Below, one piece after another: positions 27,521 to 41,355 of a stretch of 64,000 nucleotides of DNA. The stretch covers positions 26,025,240 through 26,089,239 of the forward strand of contig OZ316894.1 in assembly GCA_973895155.1 (NCBI GenBank), read 5' to 3'. Source of the stretch: Marsupella aquatica. Taxonomy: Eukaryota; Plantae; Marchantiophyta. Both the position numbers and the translations under genes were made by a program. Positions within the stretch are counted from its first letter, which is position 1; each line of letters opens with the position of its first letter. The notes below the pieces were generated by a model. It was not told the DNA's origin, did not search any database, and saw only the letters and a list, made by a program, of their open reading frames with translations.

Positions 27521-28479
27521 CATATCTTCGGCACGATATTACAGCACGTTCCTTCTAATTCTTGAGTAATCTTATTCCTCTTTCTCGGTTCGAGTCTACG
27601 AGTTCTTTCAGGAATCTTCCTGCTGCATTCCGAAAATCTCACCCAAATGCCCCATTATCTGCAACAGTAACTGAGATATGGCACGGGGGCCGGAGAATAA
27701 TTATGAACCTCGGCTTATTTACAGCTGGTTCAAGGTAATACATTTAGGAGCAAGCCATGTCGTGCCAGGTTTTATGAGATAATTCCGACAATGTGCACAG
27801 AGCTTGTGAGAATGAGAGAATGCAGATGAACCTTGAGAGTCACTGGGATGAACTCGTAGAGAGAGAGAGAACTTTTCTTGCTACAACGGATGGGTACTTA
27901 TTCTGATATTCCTTAAATCTTATGCAACTTTGTAGAATAGCAAAGCGCCATAGAGAAGCATATTGTGTTTCTCCCTCATTTTGTTCACCAGATCCGACAG
28001 GAATGCTTTCCATCAAGATTTCATATCACGTCAAAGAATGAAGGCCTATGAGATCTACAATTAGTTGATCAGATTAGCCTACCCCTCTTTTATATCCATG
28101 TCAAGTCATGGAGAACCATTTGTGCTCACTCGATGAAATCGTTGTAGCCTGTTGTAGTATTTCGGTTGTGAATTTTCAGTCAATATTGCTCACAAGTGGG
28201 TCATACATGAGATTCGTTCTGTATGCATGCCATCGTCCTTTGCGACTGACACAGTAAGAGCACATGTACAAGTTCGTCGAGGACAAGTGCAGACTTATGG
28301 CGGAAGTGGATGTGGTTTTAATCTGTTTCAGTCTGTCGAGAAAGAAGATTCACAAAAGTCATTAATGGTTAGCTTGCTACATGACTAACCGTCCATCAAG
28401 TGCTCCCAGAGGATACTCTCAGTTTTCATGTTCGTAGACTGCAAGTTCTTAAAAGCCGAAACTTAAAATAAAGAGATTG

Positions 28480-28668
28480 GTGGTCGAAGGTCACCAAACA
28501 AAAACAAGATCTGTATTTTGGATTTTATATTGTATTTGGATTCACTTTATTTTGGATATCACACGGTGTCAAATTTAAAGTACAATTCTTGTTTTATTAT
28601 GCATTTGATCTTTTGCAAGTAAGTTTGGTAGGATGACTGTTCCGAAGTGCTTGGTGACCTTCGACCAC
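28480..28668. mobile_element. 189-bp MITE-like element, 21-bp TIR, 3-bp TSD (TTG)
   Basis: GTGGTCGAAGGTCACCAAACA and TGCTTGGTGACCTTCGACCAC are complementary at 20/21 positions. AT-rich interior. TTG on both flanks. Confidence 0.65.
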
Positions 28669-29084
28669 TTGTGATATTATAAAAGTGTGACAATGTCAGC
28701 GTACCCTCAAAATGTGACCCCCATTGATGAGACCTCAGCAGATCTCATACTTGGAGTGCGCACAAACAATTTGTCGTCTCCAATCATATGATGGGATTCA
28801 GTAGGAACATGACTCGATCAGGGAGGCTTGCAGCTAACACTTCTCAACAAGTCGGAGTTTCATATGGTCGACTCCAGAGCTTTACTAGGCTCTTCAGCCT
28901 GCTGCTCTGCAGGGCTTTAGTTCTTTAGGTGAGCTTTTGGGGCACTCAAGTTTTTGGGCTCTTTGGTCTTCCTGAGGGTTTTCCCCTGTGCTCTCCCCTT
29001 TATTGGGTCTCTTGCCTCTAGGAACCTACCTCCTGGTTTGGAGCTTTTTGGTTCTTGCAGTTTCTTGTAAAGTATGGACACAAT

Positions 29085-29280
29085 AAAACTGATCAATAAC
29101 AGTTTGTAAACTATATGGATCTTGCAGTGCACACATTTTCTAAAACTAAGATCAGTAACAGTTTCTAAACTATAGATGCAGTGGACAAAATTTCACAAAC
29201 TATTATCAGTGGCAGTTTCTCCCAACTACAGACGCGGAGGACACAACTTCACACACTCTGATCAGTAGACTTCAGCCAAG
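29085..29280. repeat. Degenerate ~55-bp tandem repeat
   Basis: AAACT..GATCAGT..CAGTTT...AACTA.AGA.GC.G.G.ACA recurs 3-4 times. A partial copy sits near 29385-29425. Confidence 0.6.
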
Positions 29281-30185
29281 GCTTGGAGTAGAGACGTTTT
29301 GCACCTCGTTGTACAATGATATGTATAAATCTCTTGGTACGTATGTATGTATCTTGTAGGTTAGTAAACTAAACTAAGAGGCACTAGACACAATTTCAAA
29401 AAGTATTATCAGTAGACTTCAGCTCAGGCTTAGAGAACATACGATTTCCACCTTGCCATTCAATCGACTATTGATCACACATGCTCCTGAGTGATTGTCT
29501 TTGGATGGGTCTGCATTTGGTGTCAATGCACACCAAAAAACAGAGACCCAAGGGCCGTCTATCCTCTCTTGGATGGGTGTGCACTCGGTTTCAAGGCGCA
29601 CAAAAAAAACGGAGAACCTCGGGCCCTGCAGGGAGAAAACTGGGGAGTTTCACTGACAAGGAGCGACGTGCATGCAGCGACCATGGGACAAACCTGGGAC
29701 CTACTGTAGTGAGCTAAACTTCTTTCCTGGATGAAGTTGATTCACAAGAGTGAAAAAATTAAAACATTTTCCGATCTCGACGGTTCTGTCCGATGCATCT
29801 TTGGAATCGACTACGACAACTTTTCGATCTATGCGAACAATGGCAGCTGGAATACACCGAATTCAAAGATGATGATTTCCATTTACTGAGAAATTTGTAG
29901 AGACGCTATATGACACGTATTTTGTGAGGTTATCGACTGCACTAAGTCATCTGGGTAGACTTTCAATTACACCAGCTAGAAGAAGGTTCTGGCAGCGAGT
30001 GGTTCCCTTCAACATTGCATGGTTGTCTAGCCAAGCCAAATTTGAGTACACGGGGCATTGTGGTGGATTGACTGATTAGAAAGGTCCGAGGGAATTAGTT
30101 AAGACAGCCATTCCAATTGCATTCGGAGAGAACGGTGACGGCAACTGGGGGCACTCGAGCCCATGACGTATCCTTAGATGCCCCT

Positions 30186-31319
30186 GGAGGTGATCACCTT
30201 CTTCTTCCAGTGCTCCCGGATCATATCACGTTGGAGGAGATAGTCCCCAAGTTAATGTGGAGAGACTTTCACTTCCTGAAACTGGTCAGCCGCGGCGTGT
30301 GATGCAATCCGAACTCGACAGACGTACAGTGCAAGAGTTCGTGCTCACAACAGAGACTTTGATTATCTATGACCACTTCATCTCAGATTGGGATGAGTAT
30401 CAGAAGGGAATTGCTCTCTATTCCTTGAAAGAGAGCGTCTCTTATAACCTTCCACCAACCCCAAATGTTGAATTGACGAAGGGATCCCACCCGGTTGTCG
30501 GTGGGCATCTGTTGATGGAAAAGTATATGTCTTGGGCGGATGGGTGAAGCAATATGTAGTTGGCAGTGTGTACATGTTGGATCTGGTCGCAGGAAGACCA
30601 TGGAATGTGTGCAAGTATGCGAGAGCCAAAGTATGCGAGAGCCAAGGCAAGAGTTTGTGTGTGGTGTCCTGCACGGGAAGATTTACGTGTTTGGGGGATT
30701 TGGCGACGCCAGACAACGTGCTGGGACAGAAGTGTATGACCCCAAGGAGAATACTTGGACTTCGATTATGCCCATTAAATCTGTGGGATATCCTGAACAT
30801 TTAAGAATAGTTGGAGAGGAGATAGTTTTACACGACCAAAAGCTTCGATGTCCACAGACCACTGTTGACTGCACTGACGCCGACGTTTTTGACTGGGTTA
30901 TGTTGAGCGACCCCAGCTGTATGGAGTTTTATAATCCGGTGAAAAATGAGCGGAGAGAGATTGAAAGCTGTCCGATGGCCAGCATAATGGAATTCGTGGC
31001 ACGGGGGAAATTGCTTTCGTTGAGTGAAACTGCAATTTATGTCTATGATGTTGGTACGGGCTCATGGACTGAGTTGCATTCATGTGAGCTTTTTGGGTTT
31101 GAGTCAATTGGATATGTGATGGCAAACCCAATATCTGCTCTAGAGGTAGACGATGGTGAGCTTTTAGCGATAATTAAAATGTACACACAAGATGACGACC
31201 ACCCGGACAACGACAACGTCTTCTGTCGACATGTTGTTGTTCAAAGTAATGGCCTCAGTATAAAAAGTCGAGACAATTTTGTGGCATCGGAGAGATCTCA
31301 AGTTTTTAGATTGGCCTGA
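30186..31319 (+). pseudogene. F-box/kelch-repeat protein, frameshifted
   Basis: F-box-like LLPVLPDHITLEEIVPKLMWRDF..LKLVSRG, then DAIRTRQTYSARVR, TETLII and VYMLDL in other frames. Kelch segment SMREPRQEFVCGVLHGKIYVFGG...EVYDPKENTW. A 16-bp duplication (AAGTATGCGAGAGCCA x2, ~30613-30644) breaks the frame. Confidence 0.8.
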
Positions 31320-31530
31320 TGATAACGTCCGTCAGTACCTGTATCCTATCCAGCTATGAGAGGAAGTTCGTCAGTACTTGTATCCTATCCAGCTATGAGA
31401 AGAAGCAGGGGATGTCTGCCTAGACTTATTACATCTTCTCTTCCACAGGCCTACTTTAGTGGCATCCACAAATCGAGAAATGGGATAGTTTAGTGCTTTT
31501 AAAGGTGATTTTTTTGTTATTTTGCAAGGT

Positions 31531-31757
31531 TTTTCTGAGGTTCAGATGCCCTGTTGGACAATTTTGGTCATACAGGGTATGTACATGACCCTTGTGGTCA
31601 AATGATTATTCGATTGGATCAAGCTCTCCAGAACTGAAACTTGTTTTTCTGAGGTTCAGATGCCCTGTTGGACAATTTTGGTCCTACCGGGTATGTACAT
31701 GACCCTTGTGGTCAAATGATTATTCGATTGGATCAAGCTCTCCAGAACTGAAACTTG
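31531..31757. repeat. Near-identical ~115-bp tandem duplication
   Basis: TTTTCTGAGGTTCAGATGCC...CCAGAACTGAAACTTG occurs twice. A ~40-bp duplication also lies at 31330-31405. Confidence 0.85.
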
Positions 31758-33417
31758 CACGGCAAGGTATCTAGCTCTAAACATGTGATTTGTTTATGTA
31801 TCAATTGACACAAACTATTGTCTTCCAGTATATATCAAGGACTATAGTTGATCTAAAAACATCTTAGACTGAGTCTTATTGCCTGTAACTAAAGAACAAT
31901 ATGAAGGCTCTTTGCATAATTAATCTGAGCTTTGGCTCAATCTTAGTCCTCAGGGCCTTCTTGACTATTGCAGGCTGGTTCATAAGTTCATTTGGTGCAA
32001 ACTAATTAATGGCCGAAGTGCTTCACAAAGTTCATGTGCATTGATTGAAAAGTAAACCAACTTATGGAGCTCCTCACATCTGGCTTACAAGTTCAATTGC
32101 TGAAGACTAATTGTGAACATACACTATGTTTTGGGTCTTTGCCCTACTGCTCGGGTGGACCTTTTCGGCTGGAGTCCAAGTCTCATAAGCTTTGTACAGC
32201 CACAAATCTCCAATGATTCAATATTTTATCCTTTACTCCTCATTGATCTGGTCAGGCTTCGGCTTTTCTTCATACAAATTTGGTGACGCCACACCGTCAA
32301 CGAACCGTTCATGTGGCGGTTAGAGTTCTGCAGCCTTCACATGACGCATTTTTTTGGTCGTAAATGGAGAGATCATTGAGTACTATTCTTTTCAGGGGCA
32401 AATTCGCCAAAGCGCTGTATGCACACACTGCACAAGATGGTGGCCAACCTCCCACCAAGGATCATCGAGCTCTATATGCCGTCTTGAAGAGGCCCTTGTA
32501 TATTACTGGACAGTACTTTGCCCATCCCGATCTGGTGATTTGGCCCGGCCTATTTGCTTTTTCGAATGGGCATCAGACATGACCGTCGACCTAGTCTAAG
32601 TGCCCTTTGATAAATGCAATACCAGGATGATTGCACGGTTGTTGAGAGACAATACTGTGGACCCTGTCTAATAAGTAATTACAGTGGACCCTGCGACCGT
32701 GTCTAAGTGCACCGTTTATAAGTCAATACCAGGATAATTGCAGGGGACTTGAGAGAAAATGCAAATGGACCCTGTTCACGTACACCGTTTACCAGGCAGC
32801 CAAGTCAGTGACCAAACCAAAATGATGACAAATAGGTTGAAGATTACCATTTTGACAACATGGTGTACAATGCATACAGTTTCACACATGTTCTGGGGCT
32901 ATTTTCTACAATGCAATTTCAAACAATAAGTTGCCATTCTCAACCCCATCACTTCAAGTGACCAACAGTTTAGCCAACGGCGTTGCTTGGGTTTTCTTAC
33001 CAAGCATTCACCCGAGTCAACCAAACCTGTACCTTCCATCGAAACGTTGAGGAGCATGAACATTCATTCTTACAATTAGCTGACAGTTTGAAATAGACTA
33101 TTCACAAAAAGGCAGGAGGTAAGATAGCGAGTATGAGCACCCATACCGTGGTGACAACAGAAAGATCGGCCTGCTGAGAATTGCTCTGATTCCCAGTTCC
33201 GAAATTCCAGCTCGAATACTGAACCCATCTTAGCAGGCGCTTTCATGTTATCTTAATGTCCACATCCGCCTCGTTTCCATGTCCAAAACGGCGACTTCAC
33301 CAAAAAATTTCTTTTTGTATAGGAAGAGATTCAGCGTAAGCTACAGCACTAATGTCAGTGGGACCTGATGAAGAAGAAAGCTCAAAATAGGAGCGAAAAA
33401 AACTCGACGGGTCATTC

Positions 33418-34010
33418 TTAAACTTCAACCTCCAGAAAAGCTACAGGAAATCCTCTCAAAGACTGACATGGTCATGTGCTTTTTCGAGTGCCACAGCCAC
33501 GCAATTATCGCCATCTTTTCGAGCTCCATCTATGTGCCCCAGTAAAACCTTGACGTAGCCCCAGTGCTTGAAGCATGTGTAGTGATCACCGGTAGCACGC
33601 TGGCGAAGAAATTGTCCGACATTGCAAGGGCTCCATTCTCCCTTATCTTCGCCTTGGCATTCTCATGTGAGAAGCTCCCTCTCATCCTTCACTTCCCTTC
33701 AGGCTGAATTCCAAAAATGCTACGGATGATCCTCCCAAACAATCATGCCCATGCACCACAGGATCTATTGCCATGAATCGTTCTGCATCCTCTCGCGCTC
33801 CACTATCATCCCCCATCAAGTACTTGACATAACCCCGATGCTTGAGTAGCTGATAATTGTGGTCGTCTATCTCATATTCATAGTCATCACCGGAAATTTC
33901 CAAGGCTGTTGTCAGGTCCTCCAACGCACCATGGAGATCGCCTGCCATTCGCTTCAGTATTCCCCTTTCTTGCAAGAAGAAATCTCTATGATTATAACAA
34001 TCTCTGCTGA
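33418..34010 (-). pseudogene. Decayed paralog of the TPR-like gene at 41356-42390
   Basis: FLQERGILKRMAGDLHGALEDLTTALEISGDD...LLKHRGYVKYLMGD...VAFLEFSLKG is close to the second copy. The last module has deletions and frameshifts. The 3' flank 32975-33420 is homologous to 40929-41358. Confidence 0.8.
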
Positions 34011-35974
34011 GGCATCAAACTGGTTCTACTAATGTCTTCCCCAGTGACCTTTCCACCGAATTGAAAACTTCTCTCAACATTATGAGAGTCAGACGGAGAC
34101 CCCTCGGCACTAAGCGTATTCGTTGATCCTCCGTCGACAGATTTCCGATGACCCTCGACTGCTTTGGTCAATGAATTTCTGTCGTAGTAGTCACTGTATG
34201 ACGTGGACTTCGTGCATCTTTCTGTGCAATATGCATCTCAGGAAAATCCTTTACACTCTGTGTAGGTCCCTTCATCGCGAAGTCTGACGCGGGCTCTGAC
34301 GAAAGTTCAATCAAGGTGGAACGGGGCGACTCAATGCAGCCATTGGAGAGACCGTGAGATTCGCCCGGAGAAAAACTCTTCTTCGCGGTTTTCGAGTGTC
34401 GATACCCTGATACACTAGATCTGCCATCTCCTGTTCACGACGCCAGTCGTAAGAAGTTAGTGATAAATATTACACGTTCTTGGAAACATTAGGGGAAAGG
34501 GGAATTCAAGGCGCAACGGACCGATCATATAGCACTTCGGAAATTCCACCAACTGTAGGATTAACGACCTCCCCTTCCCAACGAAATCTCTCAGCACGCT
34601 GTGTGCGTCGGCAGTGTTTGGTTACTATGCAAGTGTTCATCACAACTCATAAGGAGCTGACCAGAGAACGAGTTCCGGTGCGGCTCACTGGTAGTCCCAG
34701 GTGACCATGCAATCTTGGCTCTCCTGTCCTGATCTCTTCTCCTCCAGAGCCTCTAACCACAAACTTGTTGAGCTCTATTTGATCCTCATAGGGAAGCTCT
34801 GAATCATTTTTGACATTGCACATGCGGCCAGTGTCAGCATTCTTTCACTCGGGTTGGAGATTTACAGCCTTGAAACTATCCTCACTTCATAATCTAGTTC
34901 CTTGTAGTACATGTGTTCTGGCTACAGTCCGTGACGGAATTGGCATTAGACCCCTAAATGTAGCAGCATTAGATCCCTGAATGTTCTCGCCGACTCAATC
35001 ATCATGGTTACTAGAGTTTAGTGGACAACTAGTGAATGATTCTTTGCACATTCCTTCAATCAAGGTAGACCTGCATCATGGAGACTGAAAACCCATCTTT
35101 TAAGGAACGGTACAGGCGTAATTTCTTCAATGTTTGCTACTCTCAGGCACATGCTGAACACCAAATGGCGAAGAATGGACCTGTTGGATGTGGCAGAGGA
35201 GCAAAGGCACTGCTCGTCATGGTTTCTGCTCCAGGATATGACAACCTTCTGTTCGCCACGTCATTTTCAGCACCGCGGGCGAAGCTTTTGGCGCCATCCT
35301 TCCCCGTGTTCCTTGCACTCATCCTGACCCTTGGAGACGATGTTTCGGAACCAACTCCGGATATTTGGCCCATTCTTGGATGTACTGTGGAAGAAGAATG
35401 GCTTTCAGACACAGACTCCAGATGTAAGTGACCATTGCTTGTCTGCAGATCGCGGAAGAAAAGCCTTCGGTTAATGCCTTTCGGTAAGAAAATTCCTAGT
35501 CAGCTTCTCGAATCGATTAAGGACAATCCACCAGACTACCCCGATTGTGTACGTATTAAATGGAAATGTATGCCACGAGACAATTATGAAGCCAATAAGT
35601 GGTAGGTTGAGAGACATACCTTAGCAGGAAGCTGACGTGATAGCACCACAGCACTCAAGTTTACACCGGGCAACGCATTCTCTTCGTCTGCGTTAGAAAT
35701 CGAGTGAACTCGATCATGACGAGGTGAATCCGATATGCGATGGCCAGTAACCGCTCATTTTGGGGTACTTAAGTGCTCTCTAAATGAATGATTCCACATC
35801 ACGCAAACTTCCTCAATTGACAGACCGCAAGTTCAGAGAATTAATAAACTATCCACTGAGGCAAAAAGAAATGGCTCAGGGTTCCAAAATGGTTAGCGGC
35901 ATTGTCGAACAACAGAATGAGGTAACAGCAGCTTCAAGGAAATTCACAAAGGAAATCGAGACACAAGGTCATAC

Positions 35975-37307
35975 CACTGAGTGCCTCTCTCCAAGCCAAT
36001 TACAGAGAAAGTATTCCTCCTTCCGCTCTCCGTGATATGTATACAGAACAATGAAGATATGAGAATCAAAGAACTTGCCGTAATCTTCAGAGCGGATTGC
36101 TATTTTGGAGTTACCAACGACCGTCCATACCTATTCCATGTAAAGGACGATGGATTAGTCCTACAGATGATTTCTCCTTGAAACGATAGTTCCGGGTATT
36201 TGTCACATCCCATGAAGTCAGCTGAATGATAAGTACTCCGAAGAATTGTCGTCCAGAAGTTACAACAAGCCTCAAGCTTTCCTGTGCTGTCCAGGGGCAG
36301 AGGGGCCTCCTCGACAGTTGGAGCTCCTTTCAGAAGGCCTTTAACGTTCAAACCCTGCTGCTTCAAGAGTGCTACACAATCCCATAAAAATTCAATGAGC
36401 TACAAGATATGCAGCAGATCAAGTCCATGTGAATTGGTCGGGTTTCATTTTTCTGAACGGCAAGAGTACGTCGGAAAAAGCTTGTTGTTGACACCGCATA
36501 AACAATAATGACGTTCTTGCTGTTTGATCCAAGTGCTATTTACATTGATATCATGGTAGCTTTGGATGTATAGCAGTCTACTCTAGCGAAAGGCCTAGTC
36601 CAACCTCAAAACAATCAAATTCATTTTACAGAGGTAAATTGCTAATACATCAAGCTGACAAGCTTCATTACTAGAACCGAAATAGACAATGCCTGTAGGT
36701 ACGCAGCCTGATCTTAGTAAAACATCAGATGTTCGCACCTGCAACCTTGCCGCGACCATCCTCAGTGAGAGAGGATTGTGTGACTGGCCATTTCTCAAAC
36801 AAAGCTTTGAATTGTGGAGTCTCAAAGTGGAGTCTCAAAGCCTTCAATAATTCGTGTTACATGTGTGGACGAAGGTCGTTTCTGACTTGCTATCAGCTCC
36901 TGCAAGCGCCAGAAAAACTGTTATCATCCTCCTATGTAGGATTTGGGCGTATGGACAAAGAATTCCATACTTCATAACTTGAGCATATGATTTAAATGCA
37001 TATGATTGGCAATGGTCTAGAGTATACTTAAGCGTCGTCATTCGTCAAATGAACATAACACTCAGCAATAAGAGAGCCCTTTTCTTTGAGCTCGTCTACC
37101 AAGTGTTCAAGGTCGAGATGAAGATAATACTTGCCTGTGTTACCCGTGCCAATCGTGCGCCTTGCACATGAATAAGCGTGTCTCGTAAGACTCTGCTTCA
37201 ACCTTTTTGAAACCTGATTTAACTCCTCCTTCGAGAGGAACGACACACGGCTTGAAATAAGACAGACAAATCTGTTTCAGATCCTTCAGACTCCCTGTAC
37301 TGCAGCC
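35975..37307 (-). pseudogene. VLN: Villin (gelsolin family) pseudogene with residual exon-intron structure
   Basis: 37307-37161 reads [47 protein letters not shown]. 36899-36739 reads ELIASQKRPSSTHVTRIIEGFETP/QFKALFEKWP...EDGRGKVA, with a 13-bp duplication frameshift. 36371-36271 reads ALLKQQGLNVKGLLKG...STGKLE. 36130-35975 reads VWTVVGNSK...YGKFFDSHIFIVLYTYHGERKEEYFLCNWLG. All are collinear with plant villins. Confidence 0.85.
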
Positions 37308-40300
37308 TGCTTTTTGGAGGTTGGGTGGATTCCGTTTAATATTTTTTGTGCAGCACCCAACATATTCTTCTCTTTGCATGCATCGAGTTTTCTTTATTGC
37401 TCCAACATATTTTTTGCCTTCCCCACAACCTATTTTTCTTTGCAATGGGACCTGCCACTTTTTCACTCACAGCCTCACTCCAACTCTTGCCCTAGCTTTT
37501 GCCTCAACTCTCACCCCAACTCTCCCAACGCATTCACCCCTTACTCTCAGTTTGAAGTCATCCACGTCATTTGACAATCCTTGCTTTCACCTTGCAACCA
37601 TCTGGCGCACACTCAATAATCTGGATTTGGTGCAACTGACAACAACATTTTGGCAAGGACACCTTTCTGTGCCAATAAGATTTCTGCCAGGACATCCCAG
37701 CCGCAATAACAACAAGACCAGAACGCCAATTGTGCAATGTACAGGCATTAGGCTAGTTTCCATTGTAGAGACAATCAGCAACCATTGTAGTACGTGAAAT
37801 TGGCAATCCAAGCTGGGACAGTCATTTCATTGGGACATTTGGTTGCTGATATATTTCCACTACAATCATAAGTTGGGATGGTTAGTCGATGGATCCCCCG
37901 TGAAGAGCCCGGTACAGGAGTAGGAGATGGAACCTTGTACACCAACTACATTCATTATACCCCTGTGCATTTTGATTCATTATTCCAGGGAGTCTCACTT
38001 GGGTGTATGCTGTGTATTACTTGTGGTCACCCTAACTTTGTGAGCAAATTGTCAAATAATTTGTGGGGAAATGTAATCCAAATGATCCCCAAAATTTTCA
38101 CATACCCAGATATTACACAAGTTTTTTTATTTTGTGAGGGGGAGATCGTCCTTGAGCAAGTCATGCAACTGGCTTGCAAGCCAAAAACCTGCCATTTTCT
38201 GTATTTTTCACATAAATTCTCAATGTCATGTTTTTTATTATCTCCTGCTCGATCAAGTAGGCCAATTAGACCGTCAGACATCACACTACTTGGTCTCTTT
38301 CATCAAATGCCTTCCAGACCAATGAGGCCTCTCTGGATATAGGTAGAGTCCCCATTGGCCAGATTCAATCTGCTGGAATTTGGACTCGTGTCTTGATGAT
38401 GAGCAACTAATGAGAAGCTTTCCATTCGCCCCCTGTGCAACCCTCTATCCTCATGGGCTACGAAAGGGGGACGCAAACAAGAAGTGGGCTGCTGCTAAGA
38501 TATACACTTGTATTTTTCACTCCAAAATGTCACATCCAACAGGAATCCAGGATCCTCGGAAGAGATCGAGGCCACTTAAACTTAGAGGGCAAACCTGTCA
38601 CCATATAGTCGTCCACAGTAATGGCATGACCGTGATAATATCTCTCTCCATGATTATCAATTTGTTCTATCTAGCCAGTACCTCCTGAGACCGCCTCTCT
38701 ACTTGAGGGTCCAAAGCTTTCGGTAATCACATCTAAAGTAAGCTTCTGGAGTTCCAATTTTCGCACTTTTGAAGAAAATTCCACAATCTGAGCTTCGGAC
38801 CGATACATTGTGACAGACGTCATCAAATTGCTTGCTCGTCGTCTCTAATGGGCAATGTCTTAATACAGTACACGAAACCTATGTGGTTCCATTCAAGACA
38901 ACCTCTGCCAACATGATATTCTTAGCAGAATAGTGATTCGGGAGTGGCTTTACTTGATCATCTTGCAAGTGGATCCTCGGATTTGGCGTTTGCTACGCCT
39001 TTCCTCTAAGACCCAATTAAGCATACAACACCAAATGATCGTGACCTACTGGGCCCAAATGGGGGACACAGAATTGAGCATGGTGGTCGGCCTTGAAATT
39101 AAACCTACTCTTAATTGGTTGCTTTGGTCTTTGATAGTTAATGAGCACTGAAAGAAATCTCTCTAGTCTGTCGCTAGTAGCAGTGCACAGCGATCCAGTA
39201 CTTAAGAGACACAGAAGCAGGCTTTTCATAGAATAACATCTGTTGACACTCGGAGATGAGAACCCGTTTTATTCCGATTTGGAGGAGCGTCTTCGAGGAA
39301 GACGATGTAAGTTACCAGTACAGATAGAAATGGCAACATCGATAAAAATAACAGAAAGCTTAATCATAAGAGGCTGCAAACTTCTCCTGAGAGGAACTCG
39401 TTCCCTGGTCTTAGACCTTCAGAACACATAGCCGACCTAGGATGTTTCAGTGAAGGGATCCATGAATAACACTTGTCCGGATGAGCTGGGGAAGAGGTGA
39501 AAAGGGAAGTGCCTCACTCAAAACACCACTTCTCGACAAAGATTGGTCTCACCCGTATTAGACAAAACCAGAAATCCATCTAGGTTCAAGTCCGTCTAGA
39601 CTCAAGTCTGTGAAACACACGCTTCTGTATTCAATTTGTAAAGTAGCTGTGTATCACCATTTAAATCATAATCACCAAATTTCGAACTACATAACATCGA
39701 GAGAATCCTTTGATTTAGAAAACTTGGAAAGCCTACACAGAGAGAATTTCAACTCTGAGACGTAAGATATTTACATGACAGAGATGTTAAATGTTGTCGA
39801 AGGATCACAGTTGATACGTTTGACAAAGGCATTTGCTTCATCTTCCAATCCTGAGAAACAATCAAGACGTCAATACGTGTGGAGATTGGTCAAGATTGGT
39901 CAAGTGGCCCTGTCTAATATCCCCCTGATTCCGATCCCTTTTCAGTTGGATTTCCAATACTACAAATGGATGTTTTTTTTCTACATCAGGATGCATATTG
40001 TCAAGGAATCTTCTCGTCCATGAAGTTTCCGGGAGGACTGCACACAAAGAGATACCGGTACCTCGGTAAGGTTGCAGCCACAATATGACCTTTAAAAATC
40101 CACATCTCAACAGATGTTCCTCATTTCCTATGGATTTGGCCTACGAAAACACACAAAGTAACAGGCGAGTGTAGTTTGAGATCTACTATCAGCTAACGTG
40201 CAAGAACCAGCCCTCGAATTCAATCAAAATCCAAATAGTTACTTCAGACATAACCTTACCGTGACAATCTTACACCTTGACTAGCAACCTGGCCTTTCAC

Positions 40301-41355
40301 CAGCCAATTAAAACTGCAGAGCAGGATAGAGAAGTTGACTATTTGGATGCGGGAAGACTCGAGTGATGAGATTGTGATTACGCTGGGAATACTGCAGTCT
40401 GTACCTCCCGAATCAATTGCTCAAGTTGAGTCTTCAGTAGAACTTCTCATACTGGAGCTGAACTGGACTCGCATTACGTGGTCTAAAGTCTTGTTTCCCG
40501 TTTCTACATTTCAATGCCAAATAAGTTTCATAGTCGAGTAGCTTAAACAGGAAATGACATACAACTCCACATACATATACAACATCGAAAGATGTCCCCC
40601 AATCTTCAAATTATTTCTCTTTTTTTTTTGGATCGAGGGAGCTCGGGCAAAGCGCAGCTACTGCAGTTTCGCAGTGAGATCGTTGTTCGATAGAACCTGC
40701 AACAATGTATCAATGCAAGTTTTCTCTTAGACAGATGATAAAAGCCATTCAAGATAAAGGAGAAAGCTTGCAAGGAGAAAGTTTCTGTAAACAATGTCCG
40801 AGGAGGAGTTTCCTTCCAAAATCCACATCGATGGCAGCCTCATTGTCCTGAACTGGACCGAGACTAATTGCTCGAGGCAGGCTACAGGTGAATTCGAAGG
40901 ACTCCATGACATAGAATAGTTTCCATGACAACGGCGTTGTTCGGGTTTTCTTACCAAGCATTCTATCAGCATAAAATCCAGTAACCGAAGTCTTGATTGA
41001 CGCTGATGACCGTACCTTAGATCTAAAACGTTGAGGGATATGAAAATTTATTGTTATAATTGCCTGATTTCTTGAAGGGACAACAACTTTGAAACACACT
41101 TATCATACGGCAGGAAATAAGGTACAGAGTATGAGCACCCACACCAAGGTGAATTGAGAATTGTTCCGATTCAACCTGTCTCCAGTTCCCTAACCCCAGC
41201 CCGCGAAGTCTGAACCCCATCTTAGACACCAAGTTCACCTAAATCTCATTTTGGCATCGGAAGACATTCAGCGGAAGCTAGAGCACTAATCTCAGTGGGA
41301 CCTGATGGGGAAGAATGCTCAAAACTAGAAGCGAGAAAAAATGGGAGGGCAATTC

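Noticed and set aside
30540-31319. 259-aa ORF as a stand-alone intact kelch gene
   Set aside because: Its first ~28 residues are out of frame relative to the family. It is the 3' part of a frameshifted F-box/kelch gene.
38720-40300. 5' exons of the villin pseudogene
   Set aside because: I looked for GLEIWRIE / GDSYIVL / DIHYWLG motifs and found only a weak AG|GLE match, which is not convincing.
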